NCBI GenBank assembly: GCA_020891255.1
Contig: BQFW01000015.1
Coordinates: 2,480,001 to 2,544,000 of the forward strand
From: Entomortierella parvispora E1425
Lineage: Eukaryota; Fungi; Mortierellomycota
Direction of reading: 5' to 3'
DNA: 64,000 bases
Shown here: piece by piece, positions 1-13,441 of the stretch
Position numbering within the stretch: position 1 is the first letter of the stretch
Layout: every line of letters begins with the position of its first letter
Translations under genes and position numbers: made by a program
Notes under the pieces: model-generated
Told to the model about the DNA's origin: nothing
The model's database searches: none
Seen by the model: only the letters and a program-made list of their open reading frames with translations

Positions 1-343
1 CTTGATTTGATATCGGTACGATATCAACCGGTCCGCCTGTCGAGGGTGCTGACGGGTGCATACTAGAGAGGAGGGACTCTACTGACCGACAGCAGGATCC
101 ACTCTCTAATAGCCCTGGCAGTCCTCTGGAAGGGTGCGAGCTAGATAGCCAAGTCTCCCCTTTCAATCGTGGGTGATTCCAAATTTCCACAGCGGCGAAA
201 AAGTGGGCCCCATTCCATGGTCTCTTTTTTTTGCTCCATTCTTATATCCAAATTTTCAATCCTTTGCACAAGGGTGCAGAGGCCAAAGATCAAGGAATAG
301 AAGGTATGAAGAATCGACCAGAGAAACAAGGGATGGGACTTAC

Positions 344-471
344 AAAAGGACGAGTCCCAGTGTGGCACCTAACATGATTGGGGGAAAAGGTTGAGTGTGT
401 CAGTGCGTGGGCAGGTCAAAGCGGCAAGCAGAATAGAAACGTGACGATGATCTATAGAACGTTTTGTTCCT

Positions 472-502
<31 letters not shown>

Positions 503-1254
503 GGCTCAGATGTTTGGCATGGAAAGAAAGCACAACAAAGGGGACTTTGAGTCACTTACCGTTCGTGGATACGCAGATGGGCGACCTGGTAGAACTTCTT
601 CTCGCAGCTACCAATCGTGCAAGCAAACTCCTTGGTGCGCTCACCAGACGAGTTTGTTGAAGACACAGAGCCGACAGAAGCCTGGCTGCTAGTCGACATC
701 TTGCGATGGGCAATGGCCTGGCCCGAGGGGACCTGGCTTGGATGGGTGCTGGGAGTAAGACCCGAGGCGGCAGCATCGACAAAAGAAGCAGACACAAGAG
801 TGGCCGCTGCTGCTGTCACAGCGCAGGTCTGTTCAGGAAGAGTCGACACAGCGGCCTCGGGAAGGACCAGGGATGGAAGCTGTTGAAGCGAGGGCGTATC
901 GGCGGAACGCTTCATGAAAACTGTAGGAGAAGAAGGAACAGTCGCATTAGGGTCCTCTTCGTCGTCGTCGTTCAGGGGACGGCGAGTGGCAAAGAGGTCC
1001 TGGTCTTGCATTCCGTTCATCTCTTCGGCAGTGGCTTCCAGGGCAAGGACGAGGGCATCCAGGGGAGAGGCAGGAGGGTTAGCAGAACCCATCAGGCTCT
1101 TGACCGAGGAGCGACGACGGTCAGCGAGAGTGTCCATGGAGGATTGGAAGGTAGTCATGGGGGAGAGGGAGGGGGATGGGTAGCTTTGGGCTGACGTCAG
1201 GGTAGAGCAGGATTCCTTTTGGGCGAAGGAGTGAAGGAGAACAGGGGAAGTCAT
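344..1254 (-). CDS. C2H2 zinc-finger transcription factor (partial, runs off left end)
   Basis: ATG 1254; exon ends ...FACTIGSCEKKFYQVAHLRIHER at a gtaagt donor; 25-nt microexon 368-344 supplies the CHTGTRPF linker; no further finger exon seen in 1-343. Confidence 0.85.
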
Positions 1255-2186
1255 ATTGAACAGCGAGAGAGAAGGATGCGAGTGGCTGTTGTTGTTGCAG
1301 AGGCAGAAGGTGGTCAAGGCGACGGAAGGATGGGGCGTGCGAAGGTGGGCAAAGTATGAAGATGATGAAGAGATGAAAGATGTGAGCTTCTTCTTCTATG
1401 GGGTCCTTGTCCTTCTCCTGCTCAGGGGCACTGCAGCCCATGGTGTGGGTCCGCCTTTGCTTGGTGCAGAAGCACCTCGAAGAGAAAAAAAAAAAAAAAA
1501 AAAAAAATGTAAACAAAAATCTGGTGGCGCATTTCAAGCCGACTGGCTGGCTTGGTCTGGCTCTCTCTGCCCTTGCTTGGCTGGTCTGGCCCAGTTGGAC
1601 AAACCTGCTTTGTCGTCGCTTCTAGACTCCGACAGGGCGGCGGCGAGGTCCCTGCCCTGAAGGTGTAAGGTCCCTTGTAACTTGGGCGGAGTCGCCCCAA
1701 GACCTGTCTGGAAGTTCTGAGCGACTTGCAACGTCGACCCTTTTTGAGTCTGATTCTGGGTCAGGACGAATAGATGGGAGACCCCACGTGGCCAATTGTC
1801 CGACCATTGAACCTTCACCCTCCTCACTAAAGGCACTTTGCAGACTCTTTTGGGACTTTCCTTTGAGGATTTGAGGCAACCTCGCAGCAACGAAAAAAAA
1901 AAAAAAAAAAAAAAGAGCAAAAGAGACAATCCTCCTCACCTCTTTGAAAGTACTCATCGTATCAACCATTAGTGCTAGTCTGGACAAAGGGTTGTCCAAC
2001 TCAGACCGCAGAATCTTCAAAGGAGGATGCTCGTGTTTGAATTGGAACCTGCTGTCGTGTGAGTTGCTCCTGCGCTTTGGGCACCTCGTCGTGGTGCGGG
2101 ACTGCTTCGATTTGGACCAGTCAGCCAGTGAGGACCCCTTAAGCTGTATAGACCCGAGGTGATGACCCGAAAGACGGGCTCGGTGA

Positions 2187-4765
2187 ATGCTTTGCCTACG
2201 ACACGCTTGCATTCCCATGAACTTCCGAGGTATCCGAGGGCGACTGATCGGTCAACTGCGCCATTACAATGCTGCTGCGACCGCAAGCCCATTCGAACGA
2301 CGCGCGCTAGCATTCACAAAGGAACAGGCGCGCCAGGCCGAAATTCGACTCGGCAATGCGAGATCGCAACAAGCGATCGAGGTGATTCTGCCAGACGGAT
2401 CGCGAAAGGCTGGGTCAGCAGGAGCAAGCACACCCCTGGAGATCGCCCAAGGTATTTAGGTGGATCTTTTATTCAGGGTTTCAGGGCAGTGTCTGTACAT
2501 TCTTCTTAACGACGTCTCTCTCTACCTTGATCAGGCATCTCGGGAAAGCTGTCCAAGACCAGTCTGATCGCTCAGTTGAACGGAAACACCTACTGGGATA
2601 TGACGCGACCACTAGATCAGTCTTGCCAACTGGAGTTTGTACCCTTTCAGGAGAACAACGACCGGTTAACAAATATCTTCTGGCACTCTTCCGCCCATGT
2701 ACTCGGGATGTCACTGGAAGCAAAGTACGGATCGAGACTCTTGCTCTGTGACGGTCCAGCGATCAAGCAGGGCGGGTTCTTTTACGAGTTCCTATTAATG
2801 AAAGAAGGACAGGACCCAACAAAGGCACCATTGACAGTCCAGGAACTCTTGGAACAAAACTACCCATCGCACCAGTTCACCAAGGAGGAGATCGCGGACA
2901 TTCAGCAGATCATGCAAAAGTTTATTTCACAACGACTCCCTTTTGAACGACTCTCAGTCTCGCAGGAATTTGCTTATGACCTATTCCCTGAGAATAAGTT
3001 CAAGCAACATTTCATCGGAAACATTCCCAAGGACAGTGAAATCACCCTCTACAAGTGCGGACCATTCGTCGATCTGTGCCGTGGCCCTCATGTGCAGCAC
3101 ACAGGACAGCTTCAAGCCATGGAGATTCTTCGCACATCCAATGCCTATTTCATGCCAGAACTGGATCGCGACCCAAAGTCACCGCAGGCCTTGACCAGGA
3201 TGTACGGAATCGCCTTTCCCTCGGCCAAAGAGCTGAAGCAATGGCACCATCAAAAGAACGAGGCTGAGAAGCGAGACCATCGCGTCGTTGGAAAGAACCA
3301 GGGACTTTTTGCATTCCACCCTGCTAGTCCTGGATCAGCCTTTATGTTGCCTCATGGAACAAGAATCGTGGAGAGATTGATGCGGTTTATGAGACAACAG
3401 TACAGAAAGTATGGATTCGAGGAGGTTATGACACCACTCATGTACAAGAAAGAACTCTGGGAGACCTCTGGACACTGGCAAAACTATAAGGACGACATGT
3501 TCCAAGTCATGAGAGGCTGCGATCATCACCACCATGATGACAGTCATGGAGCCGAACACAAGGACAGTGCACAGTCGTTGGCTGAAGGGCATGATGAAGT
3601 TTTCGGCTTGAAACCCATGAACTGCCCAGGACACTGTCTGATCTTTGACATGTCGCATCGATCCTACAAGGATCTGCCTATTCGATATGCTGATTTCAGT
3701 GCTTTGCACAGGTGAGTGAATTACATACAACCATCTCCGAGACCCTTCACAATTCAAAGGAAATCAGACACTTATATTGTCCCCACTGTTTCTAGGAATG
3801 AGTCGACTGGTTCCTTGACTGGATTGACACGAGTGCGTCGATTCCACCAAGATGATGCCCATATCTTTTGCACAAGAGATCAGATCTTTGACGAAATCAA
3901 GTCCACGCTGTCGTTTGTTGATACTGTCTATCGCACTTTCAAGTTCCCCAGCTATGAACTGGCGCTCTCTACTCGACCCCTTACCAACTTTATGGGATCA
4001 ATCCAGGAATGGGACTCTGCCGAGGATGCATTGCGCCAAGCGTTGAATCAATCGGGAATGGACTGGTCAATTAACGAAGGAGACGGCGCTTTTTACGGAC
4101 CTAAAATTGATATCCTAGTACGAGATGCTCTCGGACGAAGACATCAGACTGCGACCATTCAACTGGACTTCCAGCTACCTCAGAGATTCGGATTGCAGTT
4201 TTATGACCAGCACGGCGAGAAGCAAGCCCCTGTGATCGTCCATCGGGCGGTTTTAGGAAGTGTAGAGAGAATGATGGCTATCCTAATTGAGCACACGGGC
4301 GGTCGCTGGCCCTTCTGGATTTCACCACGTCAGGCAATGGTTGTGCCGGTCTTTGGAGGAAAGGCGGGAGACGCCACTGAAGGAGAAGGAGAGGTCAAGA
4401 AGGGACCATCATTGACAGAGTACGCCCACCATGTTAAAGAAACCCTCGCCAAGGCTGGACGGGAACCCCTTTCACGATTAACGTCAGCAGGAACAGTTTC
4501 AGAGGAAGAGCGAAAGATTCAAGACCCTGTGGTGAAAATGGATGACAAACATTATTTTGTCGATTTAGATCAGTCCGGCGGCACACTCAACAAGATGGTC
4601 CGCGACGCTCAAGTGGCGCAGTACAACTTTATCCTGGTCATTGGAGAGAAGGAGAAGGAGCGAGGGACAGTCAACGTGCGAACCCGAGAGGGTGATAGAT
4701 TAGGCGAGATGACCATACCCGAAGTACTAAAACTCTTCCAGGAGCGAGAAAGTCAGTTCCTGTAA
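2187..4765 (+). CDS. TARS2: Threonyl-tRNA ligase, probably mitochondrial
   Basis: Arg-rich presequence-like N-terminus, TGS domain, editing motifs HSSAH and DLCRGPH, catalytic motifs KPMNCPGHC, RRFHQDDAH, GAFYGPKID, QLDFQLP, HRAVLGS, anticodon-binding domain; introns ~2452-2534 and 3712-3795. Confidence 0.93.
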
Positions 4766-5880
4766 ACGTCAGCAACAATAAATACCAACAAAGAAAAAAA
4801 TACCCAAGACGATTTGGTGGCAAATCCGACATAGTAAACCGGATGACGATGAGAAGAAGACGCGTGGCTAGCAAAGACATGCGACAAAGAGCATTACGAA
4901 AGCGCGGATCCTGCTCTTCGTGGCTCCCTCAGTGAAGATAGATCTTCCGGTTCCTGATGTGGTCCGTGCCTCCTTGTATGACACCGAGTCAACTCTGTCA
5001 GTGGGGCTGAAAGAAGGGTCACTCAGTCCCTTGAAATGCCTCTTCCCTGTCCCCTGTGGGCCTTGGGCTCGATCGGAATGGCCAAAAGATAGAAAATGAA
5101 AAGAGTGTCGTGATTGGGAAAGAAAATGTGACACGTTGAATTCATCCACCTTTCCGGGAGACATCCCCGCAGCTGCCCTCTGGAGGTGATGCCTCGATGT
5201 TCAACAGATTGGGTTGATAGTCCTCTTGTTCCTGAATCCCTTGAGACTCCTGGTCAGAGTTAGAGAAGAGACAAATGGTCGCGAAAGAGGGGACGGGTGA
5301 GGGGATTTGAATCAGGGCAAACCAGTCTGTATTGGTTTGTTGTATGAAGGGACCAAAGCAGACGAACGATTTCAACTCCCACCACCGTCTGTCTCCCCAG
5401 GCAGATAGACGGGGTTGACGCGAAAAGAAAGAAGGAAAAAAAAGTGGACACAAACGGTGGGCTCACTGTTTGTTGTTTGTTCAGTTGGATTTCTTAGCGT
5501 GTTCTCCCCCTCGCGTCTTCCAGAGTCGACTTCCGAAGGCTTTCGAAGGGTCACAATTGCAACTCCCTTATTTTTTGTGTGTCTTTTTCTAAGGAGACCT
5601 TCGCTTGCCCGTCCACGCCTCCTTCTTCTTTCTTCCACACTTTCCCAGCTCAACTCAGCTCTTTTGAGTACAGGAGAGAACCACAAGGGTCGACATGGAG
5701 GGAGGGCGCGCATGCTACTGATAGGTTGTTTACGCGAGCGAGGGAGACGACATCCCATGCTTTCATTCATTTTTTTTGCATTCGTCGAGTTCTTCAATAG
5801 CACGACTGATAATTGGACCATCCGTGCCTCCTTGCTCAGTTGGGAATGACCGATGGGGTCCATTGAGTACACACCGACCT

Positions 5881-5928
5881 ACGAGATAGATTTCAAGTAG
5901 GCTCACGAGATAGATTTCAAGTAGGCTC
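5881..5928. repeat. 24-bp tandem duplication (acgagatagatttcaagtaggctc x2)
   Basis: Two perfect adjacent copies, intergenic. Confidence 0.9.
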
Positions 5929-7389
5929 ACAGAGAAAAAGGGCACGATGTGTATTCGGTCAGCACCTCGATACCAATTCAGCATGTCGTGGGAGAGGGTG
6001 ATCTTCAATCTGTGCTCCGTTTCTTGGCTCCGCCCTTTTTTCTGCGTCAATCATCCACTTTTTTTTTTCTTTTTTTTTCTTTTTCTTTTTTTTTCTTTTT
6101 TTTTTTTGACACCCTTGGAACATGCACAATTTTGAGTGCATGACGAAAAGAAATACCCTTCTACAATACACTCAGCTCTTCTTCTCTTCCTTCGCCCGAC
6201 GAAACACTCATTGCAAACAAAGTGACACAAGCACTTGCCACTGCTCCTCTTTGTCCCTTCTTGCATGCACGATAATGCTTATTCCTTCTTCTCTCGGAAA
6301 GCTGTCCATTCCTCTGTGCACATCACACTCGAACCGATAAAAAGCCGTGCAGTTTTTACTGAAATCGCCGCCGCTGCTGCTGCTACCTGCTGCATTTCTT
6401 CGCCGAACCTATCTTTCGTCCCGCGACCCCAGTCCTCGTCTCATCCTGTTTGACCCGTTTAAATCGCGTTGTCTCTTTGTGCTCGAATCATTTTTCGTGT
6501 GTGTCCGTGCTCCTGTCTGTACCTGTGAGCACTCGAAGGTATGCGAGGAAGAATGCCTTGATCCGTGCTCGAACCATGCTGCTCTTGCCTGTTTTTTTTT
6601 TTCTTTTCTCTTCTCTCCAGCTCTCTTTGCCTTTGAGTCCTATTAGCTATTCACCTAATTGGATTCTTTACTCTTTGCTCCTTCCTCCCTCCCTCTATCT
6701 CCCTTTCCTCTTTCTTTCTCTCTCCCTCTCTCCCGGTTTCCCGGTTGTTTGCCCTCCCTGCTCGCCTTGCTGCGTCTTGGAGGCCCTCTTGTTTATTGTT
6801 CGTGTTATTGCCTGCAGTCTAATTCTCTCACTTACTCTCTCGCTTTGTTCAGCTTGCTCATTCACCTTCTCGTACCTTCATCCCTCAGTCCTTTTTGCGG
6901 CAAACCTTTTTTGCCCCACTTGCATTCGATATTGCAAAGAGAAGAAAAAAAACACTTCTCTCGATTGCTCAATCTCTTTTCCGCCTCGTGGATCGTAAAT
7001 CGCTCAACAAACAAAAGGACATTCTTTGCTTCCCTGAACATTTCTTTTTCACTGAAGATCTGCACACCGGCCAAAAAAAAAAGTGACCAACTAGATCCCA
7101 GATAACTCAACGACGCTTACCTACCCCTGGGTACCTAGTCTCTCCTCTCTTTCTTTCTTTTCGCTCCCAAACCTCAACACACGTCCACATACATTCTCTG
7201 TCTCTGTTCTTTGGCTCCTTGTCTGCCAACAAACAAAAATAGTTCTTCCATTCCAACCGAGCTCTTGGAGCAAAGAAGAGTCGAAGAGTCTACACCAATT
7301 GCAGTTTGGTCACCACCGTCTTCGGTCCAACCAACATCCCCAACAATAACACCACCACCCCAACAAGGGCTCAGCTCAGATCCCATACA

Positions 7390-8442
7390 ATGCCCATCGC
7401 CATCCTGAAGACGGACCGACTGGGTGCATCTCGGAACACTCGACCTTCGACCGACTCCGGACCCCTGCCTTGCCCTCTCTTCAGTGGCCATCTACTGAAA
7501 CTGGGCTCCAATGATCGCTGGCAATCTCGTCTCTTCACCTTTGATGGATCAGGTAACTCTTTTTTTTTTCTTTTTTTTTTGGTCTTCTTGCTTCTTCATC
7601 CACTTGTTGACTCCGGCATTGCGGCTGTCACACAAAAGAATCGTCAGTCCAGTAGCCGCACAGCAAAAAAGAACTCCGTTTTCCCTTGTTGGTGGACAAT
7701 TTTTGACCTAATGTAATTTTATTTACCTCACGCGATCTAGTGCTGGCGTGTGTGGGCAAGAAGCCAATGGCGCCAGTGATCATGACCTATGATCCTTATG
7801 TCTCTTCGCCCTTCATGCCCTCATCCTCATCATCTTGTCACCCGCATCCAATGAACCCAAACACGAAATGGTTCATCCGCCTGCAGTCCGTCACGAACAT
7901 TCAATTGCACAATGCCCACCCGAGAACCTACCACTGTTTTCCTTCTACGGCCAAGAAGGATGGCATGAAGGCTCTCTCGATCCAAACATCCGACGGAAAG
8001 ACCCTTGTCTTGCGCTCGACAAAAGATGTGGAGCTGGAACGATGGTACTTTGTGCTCTCGAAACTCTGGGAGTATCAACAACAACTTAGATCTATGGCCG
8101 TAACAGCAGCCGCGGCTGGTGGAGGGGGAGGCGCGCCTAGCGCAGGAGCGGGTGTCCATGTGGCAAATGGTGGTGGTGGAAATGGAGGGACAGATGCCAC
8201 TGCAGCTTTAGGCACGACTGGCGCCAAGCCAGAGCCAGAGGTGGAAGAAGAGACGCACGGAGCTCGTCATTTGACGGCACATCAACAGTCGGCTCAGCTG
8301 TTTCAGCGATACCTGGAAAAGCAATACCACCAAGACGGGCAGGCACCTCTTGGTCTGGAGCAACAACACCCTCACCACCCTCATGCATCCGCCCAGCGTC
8401 CCCTGCATCAACACACCCCTCAACAACAGCAGCAACATCCGC

Positions 8443-8476
<34 letters not shown>

Positions 8477-10568
8477 GCCAATGAAGCAGTCTTTTTATCA
8501 TTTACGCCCGGTCCAGAAGCGAACTCGCGAGAGCTTTCTCAACTACCAGATTCCACCACCTCCTAGAGTCTCGGCCTTCCTGCCTCAGGGCTTTGACTGG
8601 TCCTTGCAGGAACAAGGGGACGAAGATGACCTTCCCATGATGTTCGGCTCTGCCTCCTCTTTTCTCCAACAACACCATGAATCTCAATCCTTGACCAATG
8701 AGCGGGAACATCGACCCTTGGAAAGGCAACAAACCTGGAACCACCCCCAACAACACCAGCAACAACAACCGCAGGCGGCTGTCAATGGAGGGCCCAACAT
8801 GATATGCATGTCGAGGGCAGACCTAATTCGATCCTCCTCCACGGGTATGACGCCTAAAGCCAGACGTGTAGTTCCAGCGTCTAGTTCCATGGAGCCTGGA
8901 AAAGCGGCCATTATCGATAACTGGAGAAGGAGTTTGCTCTGTCCCCCTGTGCTGGAGGAATCCTCCTCCATTCAGCAGTTGAGTGATCGCGAGGCGCAAC
9001 AGTCCGTCCAAAAACGCGGGGGAGGGATGCTTGAGGGCGACCACAGCAAGATGGCAGTGGAAGACCCTTCATTCGAGCTGGATGATCATCGGACAGACAG
9101 TCGCGATATGGACTCGACCCTGAAGCACTCCTCGCTCGGATTATTGGATTATGGACTCCTTCAATCCGAAGGGGTCACCGGGGCTCGACCCGAAAATGGA
9201 AGTGTCTCCAGTGATGGTGACCACACGGCCCAACATCTTGGAAACCTCTACAGTCGAGGTGAGAAACACGGTCAGGGTCGAACATATCAGGGCCACCAAC
9301 GTTACAGTCATTTGCCAGGTCTAGATCGAGAGCTGGTTTCGGAGAACCATCTAGCGATGCCGCCAACTAGTAACGACAATGGCAGAACGATGGCAAGCAG
9401 AGAAGAGGATGAGCTTCCCCTTGGAATTTTGCAGATGAACCGACACTCTCGGTGGCTCAATACCCAACTCTCCTCAGATGACGGTACCTCAGGGATCAAC
9501 GGTGAGTCCCGACCACCCATCTTTGGTCCCGAAGTCGTTGAAGAGACGACTCGGGTCCATGTTCCACGTCATCAGCATACTTTGCTCCCCTCAGAGCCTA
9601 TTACGCCCAAGCAAGAGGTGCCCATGAATAAGACGGTCGCAACAAGTTCAGCTGGCTCTCAGGGAATGCCGCTGGAACATCACTCCGTCGGTATCCAACG
9701 AACGACTCCTTCGCCATCAAACCCAACGCTGAGTTTCCATGGCTCGAGCTATTCCCATCTTCCGATCAATGACCCAGACTTTGTGTTTACCGCCCTGAAC
9801 GGCAATGACAGAGGCCAGAGTCATAGATCTACCGCAGCTGCAGCTGCAGCTGCAGCAGCCTCGGGAGGGCGATCTCTGCATCGCGTTTCTAGCGTGTCAC
9901 CTCTTGGCACTGCCACAGATTCTACGGTGACAACAGCCAAATCCTCCATGCCTTCGGTGACCGAGGCCACCAAAAAGTTTCTGGTGATTGACACGAGTTC
10001 TTACACCAATATCAACGACAGCGACCCTCCACCCATGCCAGTCCGCCCACCGGGTGCATTCCTGAACTCTTTGAACTCTCCCGAGGATGAGGTTCTGCCT
10101 ACCTCATCCGTTGTTCCCTCTTTGGCGGTATCCCTACCTTCTTACACCAGTGCCTCGGCGACCTTGAGCAAACAAAAATCACAATCGTTGTCCAGATCCA
10201 ACAGTGCATCGTTGTCCAGATCCAGCAGTGCACGAATCCGACCGCGACATCCAAGACAGACTTGCTCGACCAGACCGAACATCGGCGCACCCATCCCTTT
10301 ACCGAACGAGCATGAACATGAACTGTTCAGATGGGATGAGAACGAAGAAGGGGAAGAACAGCAAGGACAACATCAGGCCAGAATGAAAAAGCAGGAAGAA
10401 GATGAGGATGAGCCCTTGGCCGTGACGCTTTCGAGACAACAGAGTTGGAAGCAGCGTCAATCTCATTATTCGACCCATCATTTGTCGATGCAGCATCCGC
10501 CGAGCTCTGTCCTGACCATGCAGACCAATAGTCAGAGCCAAAAACCGACGGCGAATGAGCTTTCGTAG
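7390..10568 (+). CDS. Hypothetical protein with N-terminal PH-like domain and long Q/S/H-rich disordered tail
   Basis: Exon 1 ...FSGHLLKLGSNDRWQSRLFTFDGS, intron ~7553-7740, then LSIQTSDGKTLVLRSTKDVELERWYFVLSKLW, typical of PH beta-strands and terminal helix; 942-aa open exon. Confidence 0.75.
8421..8478 (+). repeat. (CAA/CAG)n poly-Gln tract
   Basis: Visible trinucleotide repeat in CDS. Confidence 0.9.
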
Positions 10569-11395
10569 TTCTTTTTTTTTTATCTTCCTTCATCGGCTGT
10601 AGTCCCGTAGCTCGAAAAAAGGAAGAGATCAAAATAATGTTATAAATATTTGATCGAGCTCATATTATCTTGCTCATTTTCTCCCAAAAAAAAAAAAGAA
10701 AAAAAAAAGAGAAATGTGCTCGTAATCTTTTCTTGGCCATGAAGAATTGATGAGCACTCCTTTTCCTGGATCGGGTGTCGTTTACTAAAAAGGAATACTA
10801 GCAGAGGGCAAGACAGGCCGGCCAAGGAGGTTTCTCCTGTGTTCTATTGTCTCCTTGCAAGTAGTGTCGGTTGTTGGACAATGTCTGCTCAGAAATGATG
10901 CACAGCGCGTCGCTGTGTATACTTAATGCAATGATCGGAGGACATTGAAAGAACGATAATGACGCGAGAGACGACTCCAAGACATCAAGGCTTGCTTGCA
11001 TTGGGAGTGAAGTGCAATGAGAGGGAGAAGGGACCAGAGGAAACCAAAGGACAGAAGGCAGCACAAACACAAGAGGACTAGCACAAAGAGGACAAACACA
11101 CAGACTCGCGAAAAGGACGCGTCCAGTGCCAGGCTTTGATTGGACAGCCATGGGAGGACAGGCGAGCGGAACAGGAGAGGGGAACAGAATCATGTGGCTC
11201 TCACACTGTGGTGAGACAGACTGATTTCTTTGGGACAGGACAGGAGAGAGAGAGACAGACAGGCACGGTCGGACATAAGATCATCTCTCTTCTTTTCTCT
11301 TCTTTTTTCATTTCATTTCATTTCATTCCATTCCTTCACTCATCACATCCCTCTTCCTCCTCTTCATCACCCCAAACACCACATTCATAGCTACC

Positions 11396-12925
11396 ATGGA
11401 CAAGTTCAAGGAGGTAACCCATCCTCACCTCCCCATCCTCACCTCTTCCTCCTGACCTGCCTGCTCTCTCTGTTAATGGCAATGCTTGCTACAGAAGGCA
11501 GCCATGGTCTGGTGTGCCGCTTGCAATCTCGCCTGACCGTCTGTTCTCTGTCCCTGAAGCTGTGCTGACCCCTTTGACAAAGCGCAACCACATCAGCAAC
11601 AACCACGACACAATCAATTTTTCTCACGATGTCTATCTCTGGTTGCATTTCATCTAACTCTTTCTCTCAACTCCTGGCATCTCTCTTTCATAGAAACTCG
11701 CTGCCCTCCGTGTCGAGGTCGACAACGCCACTGCTCGCGCTGACAAGGCCGAGAGCGAGGTCAAGGTCCTCCAGGATGAGCAGATCCAGAAGGACCACGA
11801 GATCACTTCACTCAAGAATAGATTGACGCGTGCTGAGGAGGACTTGGAGAAGGCCGAGAACAGAATCGCAGAGGCCAAGTTGAACTTGGATGAGGGCGAG
11901 ACAACAAAGACTGTTGGCGAGGGTCTTGCCAGAAAGGTCTCCTTGTTGGAGACTGAGCTCGATGCTGCCGAGCGTAACCTCCGCGACACGACCGAGAAGT
12001 AAGTGATTATTTTGCACTGTTTGAGACTTTTTCCATTCTCTCCTTTCCTGCTTTCCACAGTTTGCTTGACCTTTTTTCCCGCACCACTTGATCCAAGGGA
12101 GGTGTCAGAATGACCAGGACACACGGGGTGGGTGGGTGGGTGGGGATGGACAACGTCGTGTGTTTTGGTCAGTACTGGTTTTGGTGCAACCATGTCTGTC
12201 CAATCCTTTTTGTTTCTTTTGCTTTTTCTCCAGTTGGGAAAGTAAGACGTCTTTCGGCCTGATTCTGTGCTGCGTTGTTAATTCCCTCGCACGTCCTGTT
12301 CCTTCCTCTCCCTTCCCCTGAACCCCTTCCATTCCTGACCCGCACCCATTGGGAGTGATCGTATGGTTCTCTCTTCCCCATGTGCTCTAGTCGAATTAAG
12401 CACAGAAAAGGAGGGAGATCCACCTTTTCATTTCTCGTGTAACTCGGCTCTCTTTGTGCATGCCCAACCTATTTGTGGAAGATGCAAGAGGGAGCAGAGG
12501 AGACTTTTTTTTGTTCTCCTTGGGAGATGAACATATTTGAGAGCCTATCCAGCTCACCCAGATATGCTGCATTCATTCCTCCAGGAAGTGAAGACCACCC
12601 CCAAAAAAAGAGTTTAGAGAGAGTTTTGCTTGGTTTGAACGAATCGGCATAGGAGGATTTTCAACATTGGGTTTTGCTTCATAATGTATCTTATCTCGGT
12701 CAAGACCAGTAGACTAACCCATCATTCTTTTCACTTTACCCTTTCCATCGCTCTCCTCCTAGGCTTCGTCAGATGGACATCAAGGCTGAGCACTTTGAGC
12801 GCAAGGTTGTGCAGTTGGAGACTGACCGTGACAACTATGAGCGCAAGGTCGAGGACTTGACCACAAAGTACAACGGCATCAAGTTGGAGCTTGACGAGAC
12901 CATCAACTCTCTCAACGACATGTAA
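11396..12925 (+). CDS. TPM1: Tropomyosin (161 aa, 3 exons)
   Basis: MDKFKE|KLAALRVEVDNATARADKAE...ERNLRDTTEK|LRQMDIKAEHFERKVVQLE...LNDM*; heptad coiled coil of fungal tropomyosin length; introns ~11414-11693 and ~12000-12763. Confidence 0.93.
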
Positions 12926-13441
12926 AGCGGAGCTCAAACTGTTCAGAACCGCACAGAAGAAGAAAAAACCATCAAGGATATCAAGAGGCAATGGAGACAA
13001 CAATCGCGTCGTGGAGACATTTCCTGTCTTTGTCAGGGGCAGGGCAAACAGGAGATGTAGACGGATGGGAAACACTTTGACTCTTGTCCAGAAAAAGTCA
13101 AAAAAAAAATACAACTTTTAACATACAACCCCAAACACAGATTCTTTTACAGACAATTTGTTCTTCGCTTCTTTTGCCCCTACCAAGGATCATATTTGTA
13201 CTGGAATAAACATCTTTATACCATCGCGACACGAAATAGGGGCTCTTTTCTTTTCTTTTTGAGTGGCCTTCTTTATGGGAACGGTCATCGTCTATTAGAG
13301 AGTACTATTTTACATGTGAAAAGAAGAAAGGTGGGATGGAGGGTCTAAAGGAGAAAGCGGAATGTAGAGTCATGGACCTGTTGGAAGCAAAGGTCTAATG
13401 AAGGGCATTGGAAATGAAATGAAACACGGAGCAGAGAGAAT

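Noticed and set aside
7-27. 9-bp inverted repeat ttgatatcg-gta-cgatatcaa
   Set aside because: A single short intronic hairpin, compatible with chance.
1256-2218. Several 100-200 aa ORFs with poly-Lys or poly-Phe
   Set aside because: Produced by intergenic A/T homopolymers between divergent genes; no coding signature.
4868-5872. Possible minus-strand gene (exon-like ESQGIQEQED... and ...FVMLFVACLC*), plus a 14-bp repeat at ~4963 and ~5821
   Set aside because: Could not assemble a start-to-stop model with good donors.
5881-5928. 24-bp repeat as CRISPR-like element
   Set aside because: Two adjacent copies with no spacer, in eukaryotic DNA.
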